Both the position numbers and the translations under genes were made by a program. A model generated the notes under the pieces. That model made no database searches and was not told where the DNA came from. It was given only the letters and a program-made list of their open reading frames with translations. Positions 41,804 through 57,596 of a stretch of DNA of 64,000 nucleotides are shown in pieces (position 1 is the first letter of the stretch; each line of letters begins with the position of its first letter). Origin of the DNA: Octopus vulgaris (taxonomy: Eukaryota); contig OX597822.1 in NCBI GenBank assembly GCA_951406725.2, positions 2,170,001 to 2,234,000 on the forward strand, in the 5' to 3' direction.

Positions 41804-43701
41804 AATGTAGTATATGGTTTTGTGTGTGTTTGTATACAATATATATTCACCCTCTATGAATTCTTTGTTTTTCTTTCTATCTGTCTGTCTGCCTCCTTCA
41901 CTCTCTCATTCTCTCTCTCCCTCTCAAACACACATGCATACACACATACACACGCACACACACGCGCGCGCACACACGGAAACCTACATATATATTTCCC
42001 ACCACGACCAGAAGTGTAATCTTTATGTGTGATGTCAAGAATAAGGAAGATTTTGCTTCCACTCTCTGATTCGCAACACTAAAATTTTATGCGCGAAATA
42101 ATGTTATGATGTTGGATTAATTGATTTATATCTCTTGGTAGGGTTAAACGAAGAATAAAGAATTGGTGATTAATGTAATACCGAAGCTAAAAACATGCAT
42201 ATAAATACATACAACATCTCATGCACCAATATACTACTTACACCTACAATAAGAAATTCACTGAAACATATTTATTTACCGACACCCACACGAGCATATA
42301 TTAGCATTAACTTATTGGAGCAGACAAATAATCATACTCCTACACAGAAATAGATTTATATATACAATCATTCGCACGAAGAAACGTGCAGATAAAACGA
42401 AAGAGACACACATGTATACGTACATAATAAATACATACACGCGGAGGAAACGTTTACATTCACACCAAAGACTCATAGTCACACAGATAATAGTACACAC
42501 TGACACACACAAAATGATGCACGTATGCACAACATCAACAGACACAAATAGTTAGATATTTGTTAATGCACCGAAGAGAAGACTTTAATGAATAGAAACA
42601 CGATTTCTTTTCTAATTTCCAGCTTCGCAAAAGAAAGCTGTAGTTGTTCATTTTGTAATGTTACGCATGTTCAACTCTGGTTGCTCAAGTCTATTAACGA
42701 AGTCGTTCTGGATATGACATTACTGACTTATTTTTTGCCTCAGGTATATTTCAGCTACCGCTATATTTAGTCATTGTATTTCTGTTTTTAAGACGGCAGG
42801 CTGTGATCTTGAGGAGATCTGGCTCTACTCAGGCGCGGTCTCAGGAATTTTTCGCAAGATGGGCACAAGTTCAGAAGGCAATACAATTCCTGGAGAAAAA
42901 GGCGTAATAACATTATTTAGAAGGGCGCAATTCTTTTCTTGAGGTGGACACGTGCCGTTCAGGACCCTGCTTGGGTCCGCCCCTCTTATTAATAACCAAG
43001 TCGAACAATTGTATTTAGGTCCTCCCATCTTCATTATTAGGTGGTGTGCTTTGTTACTTTAATCTCGACTTGCTACTGTATAGAGATGTATTTTCCAGTG
43101 CTTCAAAGTAATATTACGGATAATCTTACGCAGTGATTTCTATTTTTACCTTGTATATTGACAGATCTTTGACAGTGAATAGCGATGTCGGAATTTGATA
43201 CCTGTAGTTTTAAAAGGAAAATGAAAAACAAGAGTGTTGTCGCTGTAGATGTCTTTTTCACATACCAATAGCAAATTTGACAAAAAAAAAGAAAGAAAAA
43301 ATCAAATCACTTATCAAAAAAAAAAATCAAATACAATATCATATACAAACTGCCCTCTGTCCAATCTGTTTGAAATAACAGTCACATCTCTCTCAACTAC
43401 ACATTATCTTCTTAAATAAGAACTGGACATATTAGATAAAGTAGAATCTATTCACTTCAAAAACGAAGATTTTATTATCACTTGCTGGAGGAAAGGAGCA
43501 TTGCGCATTGGAGGCCTTCTTAGGTGATAGTGATTCTACTAATGATCCTCTTAAATTTTGCATGTTAACACCTGCAGTAAATATATGAGCAGGAAGAATT
43601 CGGGAACATTGGTGTTCTTGCAAAGACATCGTAATAATATGGCACCCGGACGGGTATTGTAACTAATGTAACACTTTTCATAATATGCCTGTTCTCTTCA
43701 G

Positions 43702-44326
43702 AGAAGGATGAAAGGTAAAGTCGACCTCGGCGGAATTTGAACTCAGAACGTAGCGGCAGACGAAATACCGCTAAGCATTTCGTCCGGCGTGCTAACGTTT
43801 CTGCCCGCTCACTGCCTTGAAATTAACATGAAAGTGGTTCAGTGCTCCACACACAAGCATACATTCAACGTAGTTCTCAGGGAGATTCAGCTTGACAAAA
43901 AGGTGACAAGGCTGGCCATTTGAAATGCAGATACCACTCATGTTTGTCAGCAGAGTAATGCGAAATAAAGTTTCTTGCTCAAGAATACGATGCACCGCCA
44001 TAGATCGAACTCACGACCGTAAGATCGTGAGCTGAATACCCATAACCACTAAGTCAAAGAATAATTATTATTCCTTTCAAGCACCTTCACCAAAGAATAA
44101 TAATTGTTCCTTTCTACTCTAGGCGTAAGGCCTGATATTTCGAGGTATGAGCTAAGTCGATTACATCGATCCTAGTACTCGACTGATACTTACTTTCTCG
44201 ATTCCATAAAGGATGAAAGGTAAAGCCGTCCTCGGCGGAAATTGAATTCATTCAATACGTGATGAAGGACGAAATGCCGCTAAGCGTTTCCCCCGGGGTG
44301 CTAACGATTCTGTCAGCTCGCCGCCC
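43702..44326 (-). mobile_element. Cluster: SINE A (43702-43816), SINE C (43820-44052), SINE A (44108-44326)
   Basis: Motif matches to other copies in the window. Confidence 0.8.
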
Positions 44327-44494
44327 TAAGAATTATTATCATTAGTTAGAAAGGACTATAAGAAGAATTGTAAAAAGTATTGGTTTAATTATCCAGGATC
44401 TATTTCTTCTGTATTTGTCGATGTTCTCTCCACTTTAAGGATTTCATATATTTGCAGGTTTTGTATGATTTTTGTTTTGTTATTATTATTAAAT

Positions 44495-44700
44495 AGGATC
44501 TTTACCTTTTGGCCGACAGATTTAAAAAATAATTTTTTGTAACTAAACACTTTCAAACTTCGTATACTGGTAGAATATGTTACATAAAACATCTTTTACT
44601 CTTAGCGTTGTTGAGAAAATTCTGTATTTTGGAAGTTATTTCTTGTTAAAGTTGTCGTATTTCGGTAATTTCAACCAATAAATGACGACATGTATTCAGC
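44495..44700 (-). mobile_element. Diverged relative of the 57162 MITE end
   Basis: aaacttcgtatactggtagaat..ataaaacatcttt..ttgagaaaattct..atttcaaccaat. Confidence 0.6.
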
Positions 44701-46569
44701 TGAATAAAATGGTGAAAGGCCTGAATATATGAATGCACATAATTTTCTATGGGATTAGAAAATTAATATTCTCCCTTTAGAATTTTGTCATTCGATACTA
44801 AATTTCCTTGAATCAGATTGCACGGTGGTTACTGATACACTTCATTCGTTATGAAGAAACTATATTTACGTTGATGAGTGCTAAATCAGATACAATAACA
44901 AATATTTTCCTTCAAATTATCCGATTATCTATATACGACCCGTAATTATAATTCATCTTAATTTTTATGCTGTCTTTTTTAATTTATTATTTATTCATTT
45001 CCGCTTGTTTCACCACGCGGCACTTTAGAAATTCATACAAACATCATTATGATGTTGGCAAGAGACACACAGGAGAAGTAGCTTTAAATTACATTAGCGT
45101 CTCACGTGATGTTTTGATCAATGTCTTTTATTGCTCAAAGATTCTTATGAGATTTTAGAAAAAGTAATTATACCGTAAATTTTATTATCGACCTGGACTG
45201 TTTATGCAAGATTTAAACTGTTTAATATGTGTGTGCGCGCGGGTGCACGTGTATGTAAGCATAAGCACCGTCTAGTGGGTGCATGTAATAAGATAAGTGC
45301 GTGTTCGTGTTGTGTGAGTGAGCGAGTATTTGCGTATTGTGCATATGAAAATATATATATATATGTATTTATGCATATATATATATGCATAAATACATAC
45401 ATATATATTAAGTGTACTTATATGTATATGTGTGTATTAATAATTATTTCATTTTTCTTCCTTATTTCACTTAACTAATTGTGTTATCTTCAGACGAATC
45501 GCTACATCAATATTCATAGCGTTTTCTGGTACCCTTATCAGTATTTCCACTCACTTCCACACGTACAGATACTTTGCCACACACAGACACACTCCTTATC
45601 ACATTTATCTGTAAATATCTGCATACACGTATGCATAGATTACATAAATACACTTACACTCTCATATATATATATAAATATGTATGTGTATATACATATA
45701 TAAATATGTATGTGTATACATTTACATATATATATATAAGTATAGACACACGTATAAAAATACGATGTCACACACATTTATGTACGTATACATCCATACT
45801 CTCGTGTGAAGATATTTGTGAAGATATTTTCGATGTGGGTGAAATATAGTGAACCAAAATGGAGAGAAAAGAAGCGATTGTCTGGTAGGAGTGGAATAAA
45901 AACAGAGAGAAAAAAAGCTGAAATAAGAAAAGACGAAGAGGTGAAAGAGGAGGGGGGAAGGTGGGAGAGTAACAACAAGATATATGATGAGAAAAGGAAC
46001 GACAGCCGATCGTCTGCTTAAGATGATGTAGTTTAATTATTAATACTTATTCGCAAATCTTTGATGATTCTTTGATATTATTGGGTGACTTGGTGTAGAG
46101 TCACCTGATACCTTATACACTCTTCTTTTGATCGAGATATTACCAAAATGTTATACATTTTATTCTTTACTTTTTTTGCTTTTTTCTGCAGCTGCGACTC
46201 TAGAATGTCTCTTAAAGGTCCTTAATTCTGTGTTGAGTTAATCTTGTTATCATTTCTTTGAATGAAAAAAAAATGTATACATCATAGTATTAAAAAGATA
46301 TACAAAAAGATATACAAAAGATATATAAAAAGTATACATCATAATAGTAAAAAGATATCGATGTGTTTTTTCTTGCTTTAGTTGTTGTTGTTGCTCTTGT
46401 TTAATTCTTCACTATCATCATCGACATCGTCGTCGTCGTCGTCATCATCATCATCATCATCATTGTTACCACCATATCCACCGCCACCATCACCAACAAC
46501 TTCAATGGCCAAAACCATCATTATCAGCAGCATCACCTAATACTACTACTACTGCTACTACTACTACTG

Positions 46570-46610
<41 letters not shown>

Positions 46611-47261
46611 GCTACTGCTACTGCTACTGCTACTTCTACGATGACGACAACGAGAACGGCGAGGACCACTTACCATTTTCCTCTCCGTCTTCCGTCTCAT
46701 TTGATGGCCTCTTTCTATGTTGGAAGAATGCAACCCAATAGTCGTAGATACTTCCGGTGACAGTCAAACAGATATTACAGATATGTGGAAGAATGTTTTC
46801 GGTGAAGTACATCAAATTTTCTTAAATATGTCTCAAGGAAAATTTGGTGATAATCAATCAAAAAGGAAAAAGAGAAAAGAGTTAATACATGTGTTCTAGA
46901 AGACTTAGAGGCGATACGCAGATCATACGGAAACACGGGGGTAGGGTGGAAGTATAACATGCAAATGCATGCCAATGCTCATTTCTTAATGAAGGCCTGT
47001 AACACGTGATTAAGTCTCGGGTTCAATTCTTGGAGCATTGTGTCCATGCACAAGCCACTTGTAGGACATTCATCAACAACGGGAGGATATAATGTAAATT
47101 GAACCGTCTGGGATTCGAGCTCTGGGAGTAGTGAGCTGGAACTATTATCGTAAAGCTATGTATCCAATGCTCCAGTGATTCTGTCAGTCGCTTTATAATA
47201 TTGCTAACTAAAATCAAAAAATTAATACGAACAATGATATTTTTTGTCTTTAATTATTTTG

Positions 47262-47695
47262 CTTTTTCAGTCATTAGCCTTCAGGCACAGCCGGGGCACC
47301 GACTTGAAGAGTTTTAGTGGAAAAAATCAGCCCAGGATTTAAAAAAAAATTAAGACTCGCACTTATTATATCGGTTACCTATGCCGAACTACTAGGTTAC
47401 AGGCACATAAACACACCAATACAGGTTGCCGTGCGGTGTGGAATGCAAACATAGACGCAGACACAGACAGACAGATGCATACATAACCATACACACAAAA
47501 TCTCCTTCCCCATACATACATACATACATGCATACATACATACATAAGGAGCTACTTTCCGTTTCCGTCTACCAAATCCACACACAGGGGTTTGGTTGAT
47601 TCGAAGCTATAGCAGAAAATACTTGCCCAAGATACCACGCAGTGGAACTGAACGCGGAACTATGTAGTCGAGAAGCCAATCACAGAACCACGCTC
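47262..47695 (-). mobile_element. SINE family B, degenerate
   Basis: tttccgtctaccaaatcca..acttgcccaagataccacgcagtgg. Confidence 0.7.
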
Positions 47696-48449
47696 CCGAT
47701 GTGCAAGAGACTACAACATGAAGGCAGTAAAAATGTTGGGTTTCTGACTAGCTGGATAGATCCGGTTTTCTAGCAGGGTTCTAGGCTAGCAATAACTTTG
47801 TATTTATCAGAGGAGAGAATCATATAAAAATAGAAGTAAATTTAGTCTGAAAACACGAACGAATACGACACAAACCAGAACAACGCGAAAACTGCTACAA
47901 GAGAGTGGAATGTAAATAAAATGGCTGGGATTGAAACAAGTATAAATGATATCTAAATCCAGCTTACAAAGCGAAATGAAATCTGTTTTTCTTCAAGTAA
48001 AACGACTTCCTTTAATAAATCTACGGATGGTTGTTTAAAAACCTGGGCAAAGCCAAGTAGTTAAAGCAGACATATACGTACATACATACATACATACGTA
48101 CAGGAATATATGCACAATCAGATTAATATATATATGGTTGTGTGTGTCTGTGTATACGATGTAGAATATGCAAACACTTATATTTGCATAGACGCACAAT
48201 TATACAGACACCAGAAAACAAGTACATATGTATATATGTATGTATATTTGTACGTACATACATGCATAGATACATACATACATACATACATACATACAGA
48301 CATATATCTACACATACAAATATATATGTATATATATATATATATATGTATATGCATATATATGTATATATATATATATATGTGTGTATACATATATATA
48401 TATTTACATATACAAATATACATATAGGTGTATATCTATATACACATAC

Positions 48450-48486
<37 letters not shown>

Positions 48487-48850
48487 TATGTGTGTGTATG
48501 TGTGTGTGTGTGTATAATCTTACACAGATACTTACAGATATACCAATCTCCGTCTATATATCTTCCTAGTTTGCCTACAATATTGTCTTTTCCCCCTCTT
48601 TCCACACAGATGCCGAAAGATACACAGATGCACATATATGCCTACACAGGCAGACGTATGCGTTAAACACATACGCACATACATGCATACATGCACACAC
48701 ATATACACACATCAATGAATGTAATATATATTATATTCATATATATACATATATATGTGTGAATGTAATATATTATATTCATATATATTCATATATAAGC
48801 ATGAACGTAATATATACTATATTCATATATATATATGTATACATACACAC

Positions 48851-48897
<47 letters not shown>

Positions 48898-49077
48898 TAT
48901 ACACACACACATACATACATATATATATACTCACACATACATATATATGTGTGTATATTATAATCTATACAGCACGCACGCTCACACACACACACATAAA
49001 TGTATATACATACATATATATATAAATATGTATATAAATATGTATATATATATATATATATATCAATTCATGTATAT

Positions 49078-49139
<62 letters not shown>

Positions 49140-49243
49140 ATCATTATATATAAATATAAATATATATATATGTATATATATATATATATCATATATATAA
49201 TAAATATAATATATATATATATGCATATATGCATACATCAATT

Positions 49244-49301
<58 letters not shown>

Positions 49302-49969
49302 TATATTTTGTTATGTCATATTATATTACGCTGCCTTGTAATGTATGCTGCTGTTTTATTATTATTGTAATTCTTTATATTCTTCTAAATCATGTAATTT
49401 CTCAAAAGCTTTCGTCCCTCTTTCCCTCGGCGTCTCTCTCTTCTCTTGTCTTCTTTTTACTTTCTTTCTTTCTTCCTTTTCTTTCTAAAGTGGAGGGGGG
49501 ATATTTTATTTTGTTTATATACTTTATTGTTTTTGTTTTGTTGCTTTAGATACCACAAGCATCTATTGTCTGGCTGTGTCTATTGATTCGCCATCGATGC
49601 TAACACTAACTGACGATGATTATCAGACAAATATATAGTTTCGATGTCTGACTTCGGTTGCAAAAATTTTGGCCTTTATTATCATCATCAGCGTCGTCAT
49701 CGTCGTCGTCGTCATCATCATAATCATCGTCATCACCATTGTTACTATTATCATTATTGTTTTTGCTGTTGTTTCTACTACTGCTACTACTACTACTATT
49801 ACTACTGTTATATTCTTTCTCTTCATTATCATCATGTTCATCATCATATTGCTTTATTTGTTGGTACTGCTTTTGATGATGATGATGATGCTAGTGATCA
49901 TGGTATTACTGGTGCTGATGGTGTCGGTTATGGAGGTGATGATAGTAACAATAATTGTGGCGGTTGTAG

Positions 49970-50009
<40 letters not shown>

Positions 50010-50262
50010 GATGATGAAGATGATGATGACGACAACGATGAATTGATGACGATGTTGATGATGATTATGATGATGATGGTGATGATGATGATGGTGATGA
50101 TGATGATGATATTTTTAATATCTTCATTTTCTCTTCTCAGTTCATCAGTGACTTGTCATTGATTTTGTGGGTAAGTGTTGTTTGTATTTTCTTCGTTACC
50201 AAACCAGCCACATTTCTACTTGATATGTACTTTTTTGTTGGTTTTTTCCCACAGATACTACA

Positions 50263-50325
<63 letters not shown>

Positions 50326-50853
50326 TTTATTATATTTATGCTGCCACTTCTTGCTCGGATCTAATTGCTTTTCTGTTAATAGTATCTTTTCTAATGTTGC
50401 TCTTAAATATTTCAAGACGTCACCGGTTTTATATGTTTCAATTGGTGAGGTTTATTTATATTTTGATATATTTCACCTCTTGCATTATATAGCTTCCAAA
50501 TGAACAAACAAGAGAAGGAAGAGGATAGAAATAGAAAGAGAAAGAGAGAGAAGTAGAGAGGCGGCCGTCTTAAAAGGGTTAGAGGGCCCAAAGAAAGTCA
50601 ATGCAACGGGCCCATTATTATTTATATATTGACGGCAAGCCCCAACATACATAGAATGTAAATGGGCTCTTAGACACGTGAAGTACCCCAGCAACCGTCC
50701 ACTATGCGTGGTAGAAGTCGCAGTCAGTCAAACCTCAGATTCTTGTTCCGAAAAGTGAAGACCCTTTGAAAAATGCAATCCGGGACTCGCTAACAATTGG
50801 AATACAGACGGGATTGTTACAGCCATTGCTACACGAATTGAGAATACGTGGTT

Positions 50854-51085
50854 TTGTAGTTCTCAACAAATTTTTGGCTTATGAAGTTTGGCTTCAATTC
50901 TTGTTCCACTCGAATGAACTCTCATATTCTTAAAAATATACTATAAGATTTTTATAATAAAATATTAAAAAGATACAAAAATTTAAGATCTGTTGTTTAT
51001 AGTAGAATTATAACAAATTTATTGCACATGAATTTTAACAACAAAATATTATATGAACCATATTTACTCCGGTTGAGAACCACTG
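50854..51085. mobile_element. hAT-like MITE
   Basis: Ends gtagttctcaac / ggttgagaaccactg resemble CAGTGGTTCTCAACC hAT TIRs. Confidence 0.55.
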
Positions 51086-51645
51086 TATTAAGGTGCCGGT
51101 TTAGACGATTCGCAGTATTTGAACTGACTCACTGATTTCTTATTTCGAATGTTGGCGAAGTGAACTTTACCGTTTATTCATTTGGTTTCGGTTAAATAAA
51201 ACACAAATCCATCCTGGATGATGAACCAAGGGAGGTGGGTTTAACGTCTGACCGTATACGTTGTGGCATTTACTCCGGCTCTTTGGGTTTTAAATGAAAT
51301 TCTATTTAAAAAGCATGTTACCTCGCGAACACGTTGTCATACCGTGGCGTGTACGGGAAATCCAAGAAAGAAACGTCATCTCTTTCATCATCATCATTTT
51401 TCTCCTCTTCAGTATCATCATCCTGCTCTTCATCATCATCAATAGAAACATCACTACCAGCGACATCATCAGATCGCCTTCCAGGTACGTGCACTAGGTT
51501 TCACATGAGGGCTCAAAATATCACGTATATATATATGTATATATATATATATATATACCGGAGTAAACACATAAATGTGAAACAAGGTGGAAAAAAGAGT
51601 ACTCAAATACCAGTGGTAGAGTAATATGCTTTATTTTAAGCAAAA

Positions 51646-51727
<82 letters not shown>

Positions 51728-51844
51728 ATACATACATACATATATATATATATACATATATACATATATATATAAATTTATATAAATATATATATATATA
51801 TATACATACATACATATAATTTTATAACAAATGATCTACACGCA

Positions 51845-52190
51845 CTCAAGATTGCCTAATAATCGACGTGGCAATGCCAGAAGGTCAAAATATTATCATG
51901 AAAGAAAGAGAAAAGATCGATAAATATGGAGACCTGAGAATTGAGATAGCCAAGATGTCGCAGCTGGGAGAGTCAAATAAAAATGGTTGTCCTCATTGTC
52001 ATTGCAGCATTGGGTTCACTAGCGCCCAATCTGAAGAAACGTCTGGAAACTTTTGAAATATCCTGCAAGTTAGATGTATTGGAAAAATCGGCATTACTTA
52101 GAACAGCACGCATATTTGGTAAAGTTCTGTGTTTGAGGCCCTTGCTGAGACTTGACAGGCAGTACTAACCCCCGGTAGACACAATATATT
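51845..52190 (+). pseudogene. Old R4/Dong-type RLE domain remnant
   Basis: IIDVAMP..NIIMKEREKIDKYGDLRIEIAKM..IVIAALG..LEKSALLRTARI. Confidence 0.75.
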
Positions 52191-52244
52191 TAATCAACAT
52201 CACGATATTGGATACTGTGCGACGTCTTAATAATTATAATATTG

Positions 52245-52380
<136 letters not shown>

Positions 52381-52434
52381 TACAATAACAATAATGGTGA
52401 TAATAATAATAATGACGATGATGATGAGGATAAC

Positions 52435-52542
<108 letters not shown>

Positions 52543-52552
52543 AAGAAGAAGA

Positions 52553-53152
52553 AGAAGGAATATATTCACAGACATGACAGAGTTGGAACCTACATACATT
52601 GGAAGCTATGCCAACATTATGGAATAACAACAGAAAAAAGATTGTATAGGCACACACCAGAGAAAGTCACAGAAAACGAGAAAGCAACCATACTCTGGGA
52701 TATGCCGATACACACAGATAGAGAAATTAAGGCCAACAGACCAGATATAGTTGTCAAAGATCATGAAGAAAAAAAATGCTTTCTAATTGATGTATCAATA
52801 CCGGCAGATGACAACGTGTCTCTAAAAGAAATGGAGAAACTTTCAAAATACAAAGACCTGGAAATAGAGGTAACTAGAATGTGGAATCTGAAAACAGAAA
52901 CAATTCGTATCATAATAGGTGCATTAGGCATGATAAAAAAATATTCAGACAAATACATAACAAAAACACCAGGACTTACAAACACATATAACATACAGAA
53001 AATTGCACTACTAAGCACCGCACACATCCTACGCAGAACACTTTCCATACAATAACCATCAGAGCATCACAACAAATCACAGCACATACCCAAGGCACAC
53101 AGAGCTGCGCTCGGTAGTGAAGTGAAAGCACGCTATAAAAATAAAACTACTG

Positions 53153-53153
<1 letters not shown>
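52553..53153 (+). mobile_element. R4/Dong-clade non-LTR retrotransposon 3' end, copy 1 (frame open to TAA at 53055)
   Basis: KEYIHRHDRVG..HWKLC..ILWD..NRPDIVV..LIDVSIP..EKLSKYKDL..IIIGALG..QKIALLSTAHILR, short 3' UTR, flanked by (AAT)n. Confidence 0.9.
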
Positions 53154-53231
<78 letters not shown>

Positions 53232-53247
53232 TTAATAATAATAATAA

Positions 53248-53278
<31 letters not shown>

Positions 53279-53359
53279 AATAGGAGTCGGGAAGACACTC
53301 GGCAAGAAATGGAAGAAAATTTGAAAGAAGAAAAAAAAGTAATAATAATAATAATAATG

Positions 53360-53847
53360 AAAGTGTTATCATGTATATTGTTTTGTCTTGGCATAAAAGA
53401 TGGGCTACAGCAAATATTCTGCTCAATACCACAGATTTTCTTGTCAGTTGTTTGACCTTAAGCAGTTGACCATGTCCCTGTGTGGCTGACGATATGTGCA
53501 TCTCTAACCATGAGCAGAAGTAGTGGTGGAACATCATATCCGTGCGTTGAAAGAAATTATTAGAGGTTTCGATAATTCACTTTTGGAAATATGGGTGGCT
53601 CGTTCAGCACCCTTAAACAACCCTTATTAGTGGGATGGGCTACTCGACCAGAAGAAGTTGTAACTGGGCCCCCATCTGCAAGGTCATGTGTTGTTTATCT
53701 TGATATGAGATCACAATGTCGCACACATATGGTTGTGATGCATGTGCCCGGTGTACCCTTATCAGACAGGTAGTCATGATGGGTAGAATGGGCTTCGTAT
53801 ATTTTACCCCATTGTCACTTTGATGGCATGCACTGCTCTCTCACTCA
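53360..53847 (+). mobile_element. ~490 bp non-coding element with (AAT)n tail
   Basis: Homologous in reverse orientation to 63308-63757. Both end ...ctctctcactca followed by (AAT)n. Confidence 0.75.
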
Positions 53848-54009
53848 ATAATAATGATGATGGTGGTGGTGATGACGATGATGATGATGATGATGATGAT
53901 AATTAATAATCATAATAATAATAATAATAATAATAACAACAACAACAACAACAACAACAACAATAATAATAATAATAATAATAACAACAACAACAACAAC
54001 AACAACAAC

Positions 54010-54053
<44 letters not shown>

Positions 54054-54277
54054 TTATAATAATATAAGATTAAATTAAATTCAAAGGTAGGAAACGCTAA
54101 GGAGATTGAAATAGAATGTCCGTTATAGCTCCTACAGAAAGTTTAAAAGACAGCAGAGCACATGTGGATACAGGCAGTAACCTGCTATCCACATAATTTC
54201 TACCAGGAATAAGACCTAACCTTAGCTAAGCCAACATAATTGCAATAATAATAATTATTATTATTATAATAATAGTC

Positions 54278-54877
54278 GTGACTAAGAAGGAATATATTCA
54301 CAGACACGACAGAGTTGGGACCTTCATACACTGGAAGCTATGCCAACATTATGGAATAACAACAGAAAGAAGATGGTATAGGCACACCCAAGAGAAAGTC
54401 ACAGAAAACAAGAATGCAACCATACTCTGGGATATGCCAATACACACAGATAGAGAAATTAAGGCCAACAGACCAGATATAGTTGTCAGGGATCACGAAG
54501 AAAAAAATGCTTTCTAATTGATGTATCAATACCAGCAGATGACAACGTATGTCTAAAAGAAATGGAGAAACTTTCAAAATACAAAGACCTGGAAATAGAG
54601 GTAACCAGAATGTGGAATCTAAAAACAGAAACAATTCCTATCATAGTAGGTGCATTAGGCATGATAAAAAAATATTCAGACAAATACATAACAAAAACAC
54701 CAGGACTTACAAACACATATAACATACAGAAAATTGCACTACTAGGCACTGCACACATCCTACGCAAAACACTTTCAATACAATAACCATCAGAGCATCA
54801 CAACAAATCACAGCACATACCCAAGGCACACAGAGCTGCGCTCGGTAGTGAAGTGAAAGCACGATATAAAAAAGCTA

Positions 54878-54881
<4 letters not shown>
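54278..54881 (+). mobile_element. R4/Dong-clade 3' end, copy 2 (frameshift in the A-run near 54505)
   Basis: Highly similar to copy 1 with the same 3' UTR, followed by (AAT)n. Confidence 0.9.
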
Positions 54882-54947
<66 letters not shown>

Positions 54948-55616
54948 TTGATGATGTTGATGAAGTGAATACGAAAATTTTTGCTATCCTTTCATTTTGC
55001 TTCTAAGAAAGACAAAATAAAAATAAAGCAGAAGAACTGACGTAATGCGTGCATTATATTTGGTGTTGAGATTTCATCACCTGAAATATAACGTCCCCAC
55101 CCCCCGTCTTTTGGAGAGTGGGTTGCGACGTGAAGTGTTTCAGAACACTGCTTGAACGGAAGTGAGGAAAAGATTGCGCTAATGAGAGGCTATCAAGATA
55201 CAATTTTATAATTCTAAGAATAGTTAGTGAGAATATTTTTCTCTTAACGCGCTTTACTAAAGTTATTTATTTTTCTGTTGATTTTCTGGTCTTTGTTCTA
55301 GTTTGTTTTTAAATACTTTTCTTTTGTTTTTTGTTTATTAGTCATAGGAAGATAGTATTTAAAGAGTGAGATGTTGGAACTGATATGTCAAAATATAAGT
55401 GTTTAGTACTTTAATTTTGCGTTGTGGAGAAGGTCGATGATTGAGAGGTGAATGAAAATAATTTGCAGAAAAATCGATAACACTAAACGAAAACATTACT
55501 TCCGTTTAATTAACGACGTTTTTCAAATTACTATTCTTCTCTGCTATGTCTGTATATCTATAACTTTGTATATCTGCTCTTCTGCTTAATTCTGCAATAA
55601 TACACATACAAACTCT

Positions 55617-55680
<64 letters not shown>

Positions 55681-55803
55681 CACACGCACACATACGCACA
55701 CACACAGAAACGCACATATACACATTATATATATACATAAGCATTAATATGTATGTATGTATGTATGTATCTATCTATCTATCTATCTACCTCTCTCTCT
55801 CTT

Positions 55804-55880
<77 letters not shown>

Positions 55881-56039
55881 GTGTGTGTGCGTGTATACAA
55901 CTTTCAGAGTTAGTTCATTGTTTCATTGGTTGCGTGCAACGAACACAGACCACGTGAACGTGTTTTTATGATTCTAATAAATCTTTCTTTCTTTGCTCGT
56001 TTTCCAGAAAATTCTGATGAGTTAACATTATTTTTCATT

Positions 56040-56253
56040 TTACTTTGAAGTTTTCAATGTTATTTATGGACACCATGTATACACATATATGTATGTATAT
56101 GTGCGTGTTATTTATGGACACCATGTATACACATATATGTATGTATATGTGCGTGTGTGCTTGCATGTGTGTATCTGTCATTTCCATCTCAATTTCTCTG
56201 TCTCCCTCTCTCTCTCTCTCTCTCTACATATATATGTATATACATATATACAT

Positions 56254-56327
<74 letters not shown>

Positions 56328-56698
56328 CATAGTAAGTCAGTGTGCTCTATGGATTTGTTATGCTATCCTATGACTATTCCTGCCTAGTTAATCTAACTCT
56401 ATCTTGATTTTAGTAATTGATCTATTTATTCGCTTCTCTAGTGCTCCACCCTCCTGATCATATTATTATTTTTATAAAGGCCTTTATGTAAGTAGCCCTC
56501 CTAATTAAGTACCCCTAAGAAACTATATTATCATGTATATATTAATTCTAGAAACTTTTAAAACTTACATTGAAGTTTTCAATTTATAAAGTTATTTATG
56601 GACACCGTGTATACACATATAAATGTGTGTGGGTGCGTGTGTGTGTATCAGTATTTCCATCTCAATTTCTCTCTCTCTCTCTCTCTCTCTCTCTACAT

Positions 56699-56758
<60 letters not shown>

Positions 56759-56830
56759 TATATAGTATAGTAAGTTAGTGTGCTACATGGAGTTAGCTAG
56801 TATACTATACTATGAATATTCCTGCCTATA
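56040..56830. repeat. Diverged direct duplication (56040-56390 / 56566-56830) with an internal 45 bp tandem repeat
   Basis: tgaagttttcaat..tttatggacacc..tttccatctcaatttctct..atagtaagt.agtgtgct..tattcctgccta occurs twice. Confidence 0.75.
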
Positions 56831-57161
56831 TATGGGGGGGGGCTGTGCGTATGTGTGTGTGTGATTGTGTATCTGTGTTTGTCCCCCACAACATTGCTTG
56901 ACAACCGATGCTATACCCACTTTGATTCTGTCATCTCCCCCATGTCCTTTCCTAACAGACACTGCTGTATTGTCTTAGATATACCAATACGTTACACTGA
57001 ACATGTTCACACAGCCGTGTCAGTCTTCATTTTAGGCGCAAAATATACTGTCTTTTACATATATATATATATATATGTATGTATATAAAATATATACATT
57101 GGCGAAGTAAACGCAAATATTGATGGAAGCTAAAACATCAATACTTGGATATCTATTAAAC

Positions 57162-57596
57162 GGGGTACTTTCGGTTTGAACGGCAGTTTTTTCTAGCGGT
57201 GTCATATGAAATTGTCACCCACAATGATAACCCTATTATCGATCTATTGCATTTCAATCTGTTTTAGGGTTACGGTTAGTTAGGGTTAGGGATGGGGGGA
57301 AGGGTATATTTTTCTTCACAAATGTAAATAAACCCAATCTGTTTCTTAAACGAGGGACATATTCATACGGCACAGCATGTTTTTTTTTACCTCAGTAGAC
57401 GTCAGTGATTGGTTGAAATTGCAGAAATTGAAGAAATAAAAACAACAAATATCTTACAAACTATAGAATTTTCTCAATAAAGCCAAGCGAAAAAGATATT
57501 TTATAAACACATTCTACCAGTATACGAAGTTTAAAATATATATATATAGCTACCTAGAAATTATGTTAAAAACTGCCCTTCAAACCGAAAAGATTC
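57162..57596. mobile_element. Complete MITE with TIRs and 7 bp TSD
   Basis: TIRs tttcggtttgaacggcagtttt / aaaactgcccttcaaaccgaaa. attaaac at 57155-57161 and 57597-57603. Internal TTAGGG units. Confidence 0.85.

Noticed and set aside
49644-50162. His/Asp/Met-rich ORFs
   Set aside because: Degenerate trinucleotide repeats (CAT/GAT/ACT).
57262-57291. TTAGGG repeats as a telomere
   Set aside because: Only a few units, internal to a MITE.
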